DNA of 56,100 nt from Vicinamibacterales bacterium. Its GTDB lineage: Bacteria > Acidobacteriota > Vicinamibacteria > Vicinamibacterales > CAVVIG01. Shown here one piece after another: positions 1 through 8,511 of the stretch. The notes under the pieces were generated by a model. That model saw only the letters and a list, made by a program, of their open reading frames with translations. It ran no database searches and had not been told where the DNA came from. The stretch's first letter is position 1, and the number at the start of each line of letters is the position of its first letter. The position numbers were made by a program, and so were the translations under genes. Where the stretch lies: assembly GCA_025450765.1 (NCBI GenBank), contig JANWLS010000112.1:1-56100 (forward strand). Direction: 5' to 3'.

Positions 1-221
1 GGCCCCGCCTCGCTCCAGCCAAAGCCCGCGCGGTCGTAACTGCACGCGCGTGTGAAGGCGGCCACGCGCGGCTGCACGAGCGCCCAGCTCAGGGACGATC
101 CGCCGAGCGCGGCGTCGAAGATGACGGCCGGCGCCCCTTCACCCTCGCTGTGCAGGTGCAGGCGGAAGCCGCCGACGTCGACGAGATCGCCGGGTGGGTG
201 CGTTCGTAATCCCCGAGGCAT
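1..221 (-). CDS. alpha/beta-fold hydrolase, N-terminal part (gene continues beyond the left edge)
   Basis: Own translation of the minus strand from ATG (cat at 219-221) gives MPRGLRTHPPGDLVDVGGFRLHLHSEGEGAPAVIFDAALGGSSLSWALVQPRVAAFTRACSYDRAGFGWSEAG. This is a typical alpha/beta-hydrolase N-terminus. The gene is absent from the ORF track because it is open-ended. Confidence 0.6.
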   Translation of the reverse strand, partial: MPRGLRTHPPGDLVDVGGFRLHLHSEGEGAPAVIFDAALGGSSLSWALVQPRVAAFTRACSYDRAGFGWSEAG

Positions 222-273
222 GACAACGGTCCTGCTGCGTCTCGCAGGCTGAGCCGTGCGTCCACTCCGTTCA

Positions 274-966
274 TTATGGGCCGGCTGGAGGCGGAGCCGC
301 CGATCCGTCCGACCAGCGTCGGACGGGGATCAGGAGCACGGTCGGTTCAAGTGGGCTCCCGTTCACCCCGATGATTGGCGACCCTGCGAGCCCGGCGCCC
401 CAGGCGGAGGCCCCGCCCGACCGCACGAAGAACATCAGGTGCGGCAGCCACGGTCCCGCGGCATCGTCGCTCACGTACCCTTCCTTCGAGAGCATGAACG
501 AAAACGACCCGGCCGCGGGAGTGACGAACAGGTGGCTGGCGAACGCGGCGCGAGTCTTGTCGATCACCTGCTGCCGTGTCGCGCCCGCCAACACCCATTC
601 GGTGCGCTTCAGGTATTGCGGCAGCACGCTGCGCGCCGCAGGCGGGTTGAAGCAGTTCGGGGCGCGCAGCTTCGGGTTCCAGAACTGGGGATCGTCAAAG
701 CCGGCCGTCCACGACCGCTCGACGAAGCAGACGAAGCCGTTCGTCCCCTTCACCGCTCGCTCGTAGCCGCGGCGCCCGAGAACGAGCACGTCCGCGGCGG
801 CCGAGATGGACGGCGGAGCCGCGGTCCGCGCCAGTGCGATCTCCGCCTCTCGACTGGAGATCATGTACTGCTCGACAGGGGCCATCACAGGGTAACGGGC
901 CTGCGCGCGCGGGTTCGCGGCCGCGAGCAGCGCCATGAGAACGAACAACGCCACGTGCTTCGGCAT
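274..966 (-). CDS. secreted/exported hypothetical protein
   Basis: 230-aa ORF with a signal-peptide-like N-terminus (MPKHVALFVLMALLAAANPRAQA). No family recognised. The overlapping plus-strand ORFs are Arg/Pro-rich shadows. Confidence 0.65.
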   Translation of the reverse strand: MPKHVALFVLMALLAAANPRAQARYPVMAPVEQYMISSREAEIALARTAAPPSISAAADVLVLGRRGYERAVKGTNGFVCFVERSWTAGFDDPQFWNPKLRAPNCFNPPAARSVLPQYLKRTEWVLAGATRQQVIDKTRAAFASHLFVTPAAGSFSFMLSKEGYVSDDAAGPWLPHLMFFVRSGGASAWGAGLAGSPIIGVNGSPLEPTVLLIPVRRWSDGSAAPPPAGP

Positions 967-1058
967 CGAAAACCTCTCCCTCTGAGCGCGGATCAGCCTC
1001 GCTCGGTCGGTAGTCGATCGAAGCCGGGCGAAATCGACAGAGTCGGGGAGCCGCCGAC

Positions 1059-1095
1059 AAAAAAGCCCTCAACTGGCATGCCGCCAATTGAGGGC
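1059..1095 (-). terminator. rho-independent terminator (probably the original tRNA-Pro terminator)
   Basis: The minus-strand transcript reads GCCCUCAA-U-UGGC-GGCAU-GCCA-G-UUGAGGGC followed by UUUUUU (a-run 1059-1064 on the plus strand). It lies directly 3' of the tRNA-Pro 3' fragment at 1115-1154. Confidence 0.55.
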
Positions 1096-1114
1096 CTTTG
1101 CTTCCGCGGAATTC

Positions 1115-1154
1115 TGGTCGGGGCGAGAGGATTCGATCCTCCGACCCCTCGGTC
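1115..1154 (-). repeat. direct repeat: 3' 40 nt of tRNA-Pro (att-like island boundary)
   Basis: tggtcggggcgagaggattcgatcctccgacccctcggtc matches 5124-5163 (tggtcggggcgagaggatttgaacctccgacccctcggtc) at 38/40 positions in the same orientation. Both mismatches fall in the T-loop. Similarity stops abruptly at 1155. Confidence 0.8.
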
Positions 1155-1239
1155 GACCTTCGCCCACAACCGCCGTCAATCTTCGACGCACCACGCCGTT
1201 CTCGCGGGCGACCTCCCCTGCCCTGGCGACGTAGAGTTT

Positions 1240-2006
1240 TCATGTTCTCTCGGCGCCATCGCCGCCGCGCGTTCTCGCGATTTCGTCGAGCAGCGGATCC
1301 AGCCAGGCCGCCACGAGCTGGTGGGCTTCAGCCAACACTGGGTTCACCCGGACGCGTTCCGCTTCCCTCTTGTAGCTGACGGCGAGCTCGCGAGGCGGCG
1401 TCGGCAGACGAGCGGGGACAGCGTGCGTCTGGCGCCGGGCGAACACTCGCGAGATCGCGTTCTTGAGCGCGGCGGGCTCCATGCGCTCGTATTGCCGGAT
1501 CAGGAGAAGATCGACCAGGTCTCTCGCGCGCGTCGTGCCGCCGCCCTTGTACCTCCGCGTGTACGCGTGCAGCTTCTCCGCGACCTGCCGCGCCACCGGC
1601 ACCAGGGACATCTCGATCGGCGCGAATCCGAGCTCGGCGAACACTCCCGGCCGTTGCACCGGTTCCGCGTCCCAGGGCTCCGGCGATGCGATGCTGACGT
1701 CCACCTCCAGCGGCTCGAACGTCCTCCCGGATAGAGTGCTCTCCAGTTTGTATCTCAACGCGAGTCGAACTCCAGCTTCGGAGAGTTCTTCGGTGCCAAC
1801 AATGGCGAAGGCGAAATAATCTCCAGCGTCCTCCCTCCCTTCACGGCCCACCGTCCTGGCGCCACCGTCGAGAGACGGACGACCAGTCGTTCCAAGGCGG
1901 CCTGACGACGGACGATGTACGCCGGTACGCCGAGCCGGCGGGCGCGTTCGCGCAATCGGGCTTCGACGGCCATCCGGAAACCAGCCGGCGTTGCGTATTC
2001 ACGCAC
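1240..2006 (-). pseudogene. AbiEii/AbiGii-family nucleotidyltransferase toxin (type IV TA), disrupted
   Basis: The gene is split over two frames. ORF 1755-2006 gives the N-terminus (...LERLVVRLSTVAPGRWAVKGG) and then runs into nonsense. ORF 1240-1851 gives the C-terminal body (...VARQVAEKLHAYTRRYKGGGTTRARDLVDLLLI...). The frames switch around 1833-1851, and the segment expected just after the KGG motif appears to be missing. Confidence 0.6.
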
Positions 2007-2631
2007 GTGCGCGCGACTCCGCGATGGCCCGTGCGACGAGCTGCTGGACGCGAACGGAACGGCGCTTCACCGCCGCCTGCAGCTCATTCGGCGATACCAA
2101 ACCTGAAGCGAGTGCCCGGCCGGTGGCCTCGATGACCACACTTGGATCGGTCCCGAGGTCGGCGGCGTCGGCAAGCGTCCGCGCGGGCGAGGTGACTCGG
2201 ACGCCGAAGCGGCTGCGGATTTCATCACGACGCAGGGGAAGAGTCGTGGTGTGCACGGCGACACCGGCCGTGGACTGCGCCGTTCGGGGCCGGCGCTCCC
2301 GAGGTAGCGTCAGGTGGATCTCCCGTGAGCGCGAGGGCGCTAGATCGTACAGAGTGAGGGCGGTCAAGTGGGACACGACGGCGCCGCGGGAGGCGTTCTT
2401 CAGCCAGGCCGCGACGACGTCCTCGTGCGGGTCGGCGGGCACGCCGACAAGGCGATAGAAGCCACGTCCCTCACGTTCGAAGTGGCCCGCGGCAACATGA
2501 TGCACGAGGCTTCGGGCGCTGTAGCCGAGCGCGTGCGCCTGAACGGCCGTGAAGTAGCCCGCCTGAGTAGCGGCAAGCTCGAACAGGCGTTGCAGCTTGT
2601 CGGTCCGCGAGGGTCGCTTCGCAGTTGTCAT
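1999..2631 (-). CDS. AbiEi-family antitoxin / transcriptional regulator (type IV TA)
   Basis: 210-aa ORF with the characteristic N-terminus (LQRLFELAATQAGYFTAVQAHALGYSARSLVHHVAAGHFEREGRGFYRL) and C-terminal domain (AVVSHLTALTLYDL, VRVTSPARTLADAA). Its stop overlaps the AbiEii fragment start by 8 nt. Confidence 0.8.
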   Translation of the reverse strand: MTTAKRPSRTDKLQRLFELAATQAGYFTAVQAHALGYSARSLVHHVAAGHFEREGRGFYRLVGVPADPHEDVVAAWLKNASRGAVVSHLTALTLYDLAPSRSREIHLTLPRERRPRTAQSTAGVAVHTTTLPLRRDEIRSRFGVRVTSPARTLADAADLGTDPSVVIEATGRALASGLVSPNELQAAVKRRSVRVQQLVARAIAESRARA

Positions 2632-2787
2632 GTCCCATATAGTATACGTTATACGTACTTAACTTGGGACGCTACGCCTGGGTTTCTCGCGCCTGGGAAT
2701 CGTCAGCTCCCGCGCCCTTCAGCACCACTCAACTCGACCGCGCGGCCAGCTGCCTCGAGCGGCGCCCGCTCCGGTCTCCTTCTCGTG

Positions 2788-2889
2788 CGTCTGCCGCGGC
2801 GCAAACAACTCGCCCTGCATCGCGGGCCGGCGCCGATTCCGATCGGTCCGGCGGAACGCTGGAGCATGGACTTCGTCCACGCCGAGCTC
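2788..2889 (+). mobile_element. short relic of an IS3-family transposase (OrfB integrase-core entry segment)
   Basis: The plus-frame translation RLPRRKQLALHRGPAPIPIGPAERWSMDFVHAEL resembles the conserved ...P.RPNERWSMDFV... stretch of IS3-family OrfB proteins. Similarity ends after about 34 residues, and no inverted repeats or complete ORF are present. Confidence 0.3.
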
Positions 2890-3039
2890 GAGAGGTGGGT
2901 ACTTGCGTTCGTCGTACTGACGCACGAAGCGGACCAAATCGGGTTCGATGCGGCGAATGATCTCGCCCGTCTCAGTCGTCGTGAGCTCTGTCACGTCGTC
3001 TCCTACACGGTCGATGAGCCGGTCGTCGCTGCGTCTGCG

Positions 3040-3694
3040 TCACAGATCTGCGATGGATACGCAAATTCCGTGATGATCTGGCAGAGCCTTCGGGAGTGGA
3101 AATTCATCAGGCCAGACCTCCGGCAACCCCGTGACCCGAAGCCCACTACTGAGTACCACGTGGTCGATGCTCGCCCGCCAGCCTCTCGCCAGCAAGGGAT
3201 CAGACTCACCTCCCGTGACGCATGAGAGCTTGCGTGAACTCAACTCGTCTCGGAGCGCAGATCGACCAACGCTGGTGCCGACTGGACCGTTCGCGTCGAG
3301 TTCTTGATTGAAGTCTCCAGCAACACACAACTCCGCGCCAGGATCCCGAGCAACTGCCTCATCCCAGGTCCCGCACCTGCGCCCGAAGCCAGCGCACGAA
3401 TGCACGTCCTCCACGATATTCGGCGTGCCGCGTGTCACCGCGCCACGGAAGGACCGTTCCGAAAACTAAGAGTGGGCTGCGTGCGGGGCGGCGGACGCGG
3501 ATCGCGGCGGTGCGCTCCGGTTCCTCTTTGAGGCTTAGCGCTTCTGCCACAAGTCCGTGACGGATCCATATGCCTACCCAGCGCCCGCCGTTGAGGCGGT
3601 CGGGCGCGGATTCAGTTCCTTCCTCGGTGTCAGGCAGTTGAAGCCCAAGGACTCGGACCGTTTCGAACGTGAGGGGCTCAGGGGATCTCGCCAT
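3040..3694 (-). pseudogene. endonuclease/exonuclease/phosphatase (EEP)-like gene, frameshifted
   Basis: The C-terminal frame (3040-3438) has the EEP motifs ELCVAGDFNQELD and SIDHVVLS. The upstream part (from ATG at 3694, ...SPLLVFGTVLPWRGD...) is in another frame that stops at 3359. The frames overlap at 3359-3438, consistent with a single frameshift. Confidence 0.45.
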
Positions 3695-3800
3695 GCGCCC
3701 GAGTATAGGGCAAGACGAAAGGTGGCAACGGTCCCAAGGCGCAGCGACCGTTGAACTCGTCTCCGGGCTAGAATCACGGAGGGACGGGTGAGGAGTCTGT

Positions 3801-4127
3801 ATGCCCATCATCGATACCGGCAGTCTGAAAGTCATCCAACGCTTGCCGGGGTGGTTCGGTCGATATTTTCATTCGGAGCACATGACGTTCGCGCATTACG
3901 ATTTCAAGCGCGGAGCGTCGATCCATGAACACGGCCATCCCGAAGAAGAAGTTTACGAGGTGATCGAAGGCGAGTTGGAGATGACGATTGATGGCACAGT
4001 GCAGATCGTCTCGCCCGGTTTCGTTGCCGTGGTGCCATCCCATGCTCGCCATTCCATCAGGGCTCTCTCGGACGGTCGTGTGATCATTATCGACCATCCG
4101 CGTCGTCGCGAGTTCGAGGAGAGTTAA
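3801..4127 (+). CDS. cupin-domain protein
   Basis: 108-aa ORF with cupin motifs GASIHEHGHPEEEVYEVIEGE and VPSHARHSIRA. It has an ATG start and visibly lower G+C than the flanking chromosome. Confidence 0.8.
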   Translation: MPIIDTGSLKVIQRLPGWFGRYFHSEHMTFAHYDFKRGASIHEHGHPEEEVYEVIEGELEMTIDGTVQIVSPGFVAVVPSHARHSIRALSDGRVIIIDHPRRREFEES

Positions 4128-4186
4128 CGCTGGCAAATGCGAGGGCTTACCGACTCAGCCGTTCAGCGCAAGCGGCCTGCGTGGAT

Positions 4187-4693
4187 TCAGGGGGTGCGTG
4201 CTTCGGCGGTCTCGGGGCAGGTTTGGGTATGTTCGCAGTTCACAGGCCCGGCATTGTGATGGCGTCGGGCCTGTTCTGGCGCAAGGGTACTCAGGTTATC
4301 GTGTGCACGGACCTCGATCCTGCCGTCCACAACTGAACCCTTTAGGATCACTGCGCCTTCGTAATACGGAACTCCGGAAAGTTGGAGCAACCAGAACACC
4401 TCCACGGTGCGCATCGCCAACTCTTCGTGTTGGCCATCGAGCAATCGCGGGTTCTCGCTGGGAGCACGGCGGAGCAAGAGCAGATTGCACCGCCGTAACG
4501 TGTCAATCGCTATGGTTCCCAACGACTGCTGCCAGAACTCGTCGATGATGTCCACGGGGAGGCCAGGCGCTACCGCCGTAGAATCAGGCAAGACCTGAGA
4601 CCCGAGGGCTTCTGTGCCAATGTTCGTGATTGCCAAGATCGCGAATTTGTCGCCCTCGGCTAGATCAAGCGGAAGTGCATGTTTTCGTTCCAT
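4187..4693 (-). CDS. hypothetical protein (island-borne orphan)
   Basis: The ORF is open to 4774, but the Arg-rich leader suggests the internal ATG at 4693 (MERKHALPLDLAEGDKF...). No recognisable family. Lower G+C than surroundings. Confidence 0.4.
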   Translation of the reverse strand: MERKHALPLDLAEGDKFAILAITNIGTEALGSQVLPDSTAVAPGLPVDIIDEFWQQSLGTIAIDTLRRCNLLLLRRAPSENPRLLDGQHEELAMRTVEVFWLLQLSGVPYYEGAVILKGSVVDGRIEVRAHDNLSTLAPEQARRHHNAGPVNCEHTQTCPETAEARTP

Positions 4694-4858
4694 CGGCCCA
4701 ATCCCCTCGAGATGCGCCACGCCTTGACTTGCGTTGCGCGAACGTTCCGGGCGACGCCGCCGGCTCGGCAGCATAGCGCCAATCCGGCGACGGCGGGAGA
4801 TTCAGGCCGCAAGGCGTTTCCGAAGCGGCGCTCGATTCGGGGGAGCGCTCATCGGCGT

Positions 4859-4888
4859 ACAAAGAAATGGCCGGCGTCCGACCGGCCA
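4859..4888 (-). terminator. candidate rho-independent terminator
   Basis: The minus-strand transcript reads UGGCCGG-UCGGACG-CCGGCCA followed by UUUCUUUGU. It lies about 235 nt downstream of tRNA-Pro and upstream of the orphan ORF. Confidence 0.4.
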
Positions 4889-4938
4889 ATGCACTCCGTC
4901 GCGTTAGGCGCTCGGCCCTCGCGAAGCCCGATTCAGTT

Positions 4939-4960
4939 CAGGGTAACCACAGGGTAACCA
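4939..4960. repeat. perfect tandem 11-mer (cagggtaacca x2)
   Basis: cagggtaacca occurs at 4939-4949 and again at 4950-4960, in non-coding DNA near the tRNA-proximal end of the island. Confidence 0.85.
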
Positions 4961-5040
4961 TTCGCCGCCCGCCGGCAGCTGATGCCGGCGATCTTGGAAG
5001 CCGTGCGCGCTGAGGGGAGGCTAATCGGGCGTGCAGCCGA

Positions 5041-5061
5041 TCAGCATAAGGTCAGCATAAG
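5041..5061. repeat. 10-mer direct repeat with 11-bp phasing (tcagcataag x2)
   Basis: tcagcataag occurs at 5041-5050 and 5052-5061, about 60 nt from the tRNA-Pro 3' end. Confidence 0.85.
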
Positions 5062-5122
5062 CGTTTGAGCCTGAAAACGACCGATCATGGCCGACCGAGT
5101 TTCGGAATGTTTTGCGGGAAAG

Positions 5123-5200
<78 letters not shown>

Positions 5201-5209
5201 ACAACCCGA

Positions 5210-5977
5210 CTATCTTACCCCAGCTTCCCGCTCCAGCGATAGCTCCAACGCCGTCAACAGATGATGCGCCGTCAGGTCGGGCTGGAGCGGCGTCACCGAC
5301 ACGTACCCGTCCCGGACGGCCTGGTAGTCGGACCGGTCGTGCGGCTGCCACTCGTTCTGCCCCTCCTCGATCCAGTAGTACGGCCGCCCTTTCGGGTCCG
5401 ACCGCTCGCCGATCGAGGTCACGTGATTCCGGCTGGCCTGCACGGTGACCTTGATCCCCTTCGCGGCGACCGACGGCACGTTCACGTTCAGGAACGTCCG
5501 CGTCGGCAGCCCATCGCGCAGGATGTGCGTCGCGATCTCGCACGCCACCCGCGCCGCCTGCGTGAAGTCCAGGTCGCCGGCGCGCTCGCGCGGGTTGTGC
5601 AGCGACACCGCCAGGCTCGGGATCCCGAGCAGCGCCCCTTCCATCGCGCCCGCCACGGTCCCCGAATACGTCACATCGTCGCCGAGGTTCCACCCTTTGT
5701 TGATCCCCGAGACGACCAGATCCGGCATCGCCTTCAGCACCTGGGCGATGCCGATGTTCACGCAGTCGGTCGGGGTCCCGTCCACGGCGAACCGGTGCGG
5801 CGCGACGCGCTCCAGGCGCAGCGGACGCCGGAGCGTGAGCGCGTGGCCAATCGCGCTCGCCTCGGTGCTCGGCGCGACGACGTGCACATCGCCGAGGCCG
5901 GCAAGGGACTGCGCGAGCGCCAGCAGTCCTTCGGAGAGCACGCCATCGTCATTGGTGACCAGAATCTGTTTCGCCAT
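5210..5977 (-). CDS. surE: 5'/3'-nucleotidase SurE
   Basis: 255-aa ORF beginning with the canonical SurE N-terminus MAKQILVTNDDGVLSEGLLAL, with later motifs SGINKGWNLGDDVTYSGTVAGAMEG. Confidence 0.9.
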   Translation of the reverse strand: MAKQILVTNDDGVLSEGLLALAQSLAGLGDVHVVAPSTEASAIGHALTLRRPLRLERVAPHRFAVDGTPTDCVNIGIAQVLKAMPDLVVSGINKGWNLGDDVTYSGTVAGAMEGALLGIPSLAVSLHNPRERAGDLDFTQAARVACEIATHILRDGLPTRTFLNVNVPSVAAKGIKVTVQASRNHVTSIGERSDPKGRPYYWIEEGQNEWQPHDRSDYQAVRDGYVSVTPLQPDLTAHHLLTALELSLEREAGVR

Positions 5978-6010
5978 GCGTCGCTCATTATACCGGCCGC
6001 CTCGGGCGAC

Positions 6011-7264
6011 TCAGGCCGCGCGGGCCGCGCCTCTCGACGGGATGATCGCCACGAGCAGCACGGTCGACAGCAGCGCGAGCGCGGCACCCACTTCGAATGC
6101 AACCGGCGCGCCGAAGACGCTCCAGAGCACGCCAAACACAATGCTCGCGATGAGGGAGCCGATGCCGAGCACGGCGTTATACAGGCCGAACACCGTGCCG
6201 CGCAGTGTGGCCGGCGCGAGGTCAGCCATGAGCGCCCGCTCGGCCCCTTCCGTGAGCGCGTAGTAGAGACCGTACACGAAGAACCAGATCACGAGCGTGG
6301 TGCTCGAGCGGCTCAACGCAAAACCGGCGTACACGAGCGCATACACCAACCAGCCGCACACGATGACCGCGCGCCGGCCGAGCCGATCCGAGAGGATGCC
6401 TCCCGGGGTCGCGAGCACCGCCTTCACGGTATTGAAGCCCGCCCACAGCAGCAGCACCGTCGTGGGGCTGCCTTCGACATCGGTGAGCCGCAGCAGCAGA
6501 TACGCGTCGGTTGAATTCCCCAGCGTGAAGATCGCCAGGACAATCAGAAACAGCACGAGCGGACGCGGCAGCGCGCGCGCGACGCCGGCCAGGTGCGGCT
6601 GGTCCTGAGCGGCGCGGGACGCCTTGGCTCGTGCGGAGTCGAAGGGCGTCTCTGGAAGCTTGATCAACAGCGCGACGGCGATCGCACCCGGAATGACCGT
6701 GAGCCCGAACAGCAGGCGATAGTGCCCGGGCATCAGCATCAGGAAGCCGGCGGCGGCGAGCGGGCCGATGACGGCGCCGGCGTTGTCCATGGCCCGATGG
6801 AAGCCGAACACACGTCCGCGCGTGTCCGGCCGGGCCCACGAGGCGAGCATCGCGTCGCGCGGCGCGCCGCGGATCCCTTTTCCGATCCGGTCGGTAAACC
6901 GGATCGCGAGCACCTGCTCCCAGGCCGTCACGAGGCCGGTGAACGGCCGCACCGCCGACGAGATCAAATACCCGGCGAGGACGATCGGTTGCTTCAGGCG
7001 AAATCGATCGGAGAGATACCCGGTTGAAATCTTGAGGAGGCTGTTGGCGGCTTCGGCGGCGCCTTCAATGACACCAATCGAAACCACCGAGGCGGCGAGG
7101 ACGCGCGTCAGGAAGAACGGCAGGATGGCGTAGATCGCCTCCGACGCGGCATCCGTGAAGAGGCTCACCCAGCCCAGCCGCCACACCGGGGTTGGAAGGC
7201 TTGCGAGGAGGCGCTGATCCTGGCCTTCCGCGGCCGGCGGGTGGGAACTGCTCGAACTCGACAC
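6011..7264 (-). CDS. MFS transporter
   Basis: 417-aa ORF with about 12 hydrophobic segments and an MFS-type loop (GYLSDRFRLKQP). GTG start at 7264; the true start is uncertain. Confidence 0.8.
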   Translation of the reverse strand: MSSSSSSHPPAAEGQDQRLLASLPTPVWRLGWVSLFTDAASEAIYAILPFFLTRVLAASVVSIGVIEGAAEAANSLLKISTGYLSDRFRLKQPIVLAGYLISSAVRPFTGLVTAWEQVLAIRFTDRIGKGIRGAPRDAMLASWARPDTRGRVFGFHRAMDNAGAVIGPLAAAGFLMLMPGHYRLLFGLTVIPGAIAVALLIKLPETPFDSARAKASRAAQDQPHLAGVARALPRPLVLFLIVLAIFTLGNSTDAYLLLRLTDVEGSPTTVLLLWAGFNTVKAVLATPGGILSDRLGRRAVIVCGWLVYALVYAGFALSRSSTTLVIWFFVYGLYYALTEGAERALMADLAPATLRGTVFGLYNAVLGIGSLIASIVFGVLWSVFGAPVAFEVGAALALLSTVLLVAIIPSRGAARAA

Positions 7265-7334
7265 CTACAACAGCCTACACTGGACTGGTTTGCGGCGGCT
7301 GCCCGGCGTCGTTACAATGAAAGACAACTATCTC

Positions 7335-8462
7335 ATGTCATCGCTGGGCGAGATTCTCGAGGGCCAGACGCGCGAGGGCGATCTGTACGAGCCGATCGAC
7401 AAAGGCCGGATCCGGTGCTACGCGTGTGGGCATGCCTGCCCCATTCCGGACGGCGCGGCCGGGGTCTGCAAGGTCCGCTTCAATCGGGGCGGGCGGCTGT
7501 TCGTCCCCTGGGGCTATGTCGGCGGCGTGCAGTGCGACCCGGTGGAAAAGAAGCCGTTCTTCCACGCCTACCCCGGCGCGCTCGCCTACAGTTTCGGGAT
7601 GCTCGGGTGCGATCTGCACTGCGGCTACTGCCAGAACTGGGTCAGCTCGCAGGCGCTGCGCGACCCGGAGGCGGTCGTGCCGCCGCGACGCGTCACGCCG
7701 GAGGCGCTCGTCCTCGGCGCGCAGGCACAGGGGGCGCGGCTGCTCGTGAGCACCTACAACGAGCCGCTCATCACCAGCGAGTGGGCGGTCGCGATCTTCA
7801 AGGAGGCGAAAGAGGCCGGCCTCGTGACGGCGTTCGTCTCGAACGGCAACGGCACGCCGCAGGTGCTCGAATATCTGCGGCCGTGGGTGGATCTCTACAA
7901 GGTCGATCTCAAGAGCTTCGACGACCGTCACTATCGCCAGCTTGGCGGGCGCCTGCAACCAATCCTCGATACGATCCGCCGTCTGCACGCGATGGACATC
8001 TGGCTCGAAGTCGTCACGCTGCTCATCGACGGCTTCAACGACTCCGACGAGGAGCTCACGCGCCTCACCGCATTCCTCGCGTCCGTGTCGCCGGACATTC
8101 CGTGGCACGTCACCGCGTTCCACCAGGACTACAAGATGATGCAGCCGGGCGACACCTCGCCCGACATGCTCGTGCGCGCCGCCGCCATCGGGCGCCGCGA
8201 AGGGCTCCGCTTCGTCTACGCCGGCAACCTGCCCGGCTCGGTCGGCGATCTCGAACACACGTCCTGCGCCGGATGCGGCCATCGCCTGATCGAACGCCAG
8301 GGATATCGCATCCGACGCTACCGAATCACCCCCGACGGGCGCTGTCCCTCGTGCAGCCTGCCGGTCCCCGGCCGCTGGAGCCGCCGGTTCGACGGCCAGA
8401 CGACGGTGCATCGATTCATCCCGGGCGGATTTGGTGCGTTGCCGGTCGTGAACCCGCGCTGA
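7335..8462 (+). CDS. AmmeMemoRadiSam-system-type radical SAM enzyme (PflA-like activase family)
   Basis: Motifs IRCYACGHACPIPDGAAGVCKVR, CDPVEKKPFFHAYPG and the radical-SAM cluster GCDLHCGYCQNW. The ORF opens at TTG 7290; ATGs at 7317 and 7335 are more likely starts. Confidence 0.75.
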   Translation: MSSLGEILEGQTREGDLYEPIDKGRIRCYACGHACPIPDGAAGVCKVRFNRGGRLFVPWGYVGGVQCDPVEKKPFFHAYPGALAYSFGMLGCDLHCGYCQNWVSSQALRDPEAVVPPRRVTPEALVLGAQAQGARLLVSTYNEPLITSEWAVAIFKEAKEAGLVTAFVSNGNGTPQVLEYLRPWVDLYKVDLKSFDDRHYRQLGGRLQPILDTIRRLHAMDIWLEVVTLLIDGFNDSDEELTRLTAFLASVSPDIPWHVTAFHQDYKMMQPGDTSPDMLVRAAAIGRREGLRFVYAGNLPGSVGDLEHTSCAGCGHRLIERQGYRIRRYRITPDGRCPSCSLPVPGRWSRRFDGQTTVHRFIPGGFGALPVVNPR

Positions 8463-8511
8463 GGTCCGGCCGGCTTTGCTTGCCGCCGCAGATCGCGTAC
8501 GCTGAATCGGG

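Noticed and set aside
256-1734. 492-aa plus-strand ORF
   Set aside because: It runs antisense through the secreted-protein gene, across the terminator hairpin and tRNA fragment, and into the AbiEii remnant. The translation is Arg/Pro-rich and featureless.
2719-2994. 91-aa minus-strand ORF between abiEi and the EEP remnant
   Set aside because: It has no recognisable family, overlaps the IS3-like relic on the opposite strand, and its C-terminal half is low-complexity. It is most likely non-coding island debris.
7290-7318. Sigma-70-like TTGCGG-N17-TACAAT upstream of the AmmeMemoRadiSam-type gene
   Set aside because: The spacing is good, but the -10 box overlaps one candidate start codon (ATG 7317) and would leave almost no leader for ATG 7335. 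It cannot be distinguished from chance without start-site data.
8463-8511. Possible Moco riboswitch upstream of moaA
   Set aside because: The intergenic region is only 49 nt, far too short for the Moco RNA motif, and none of its conserved features is visible.
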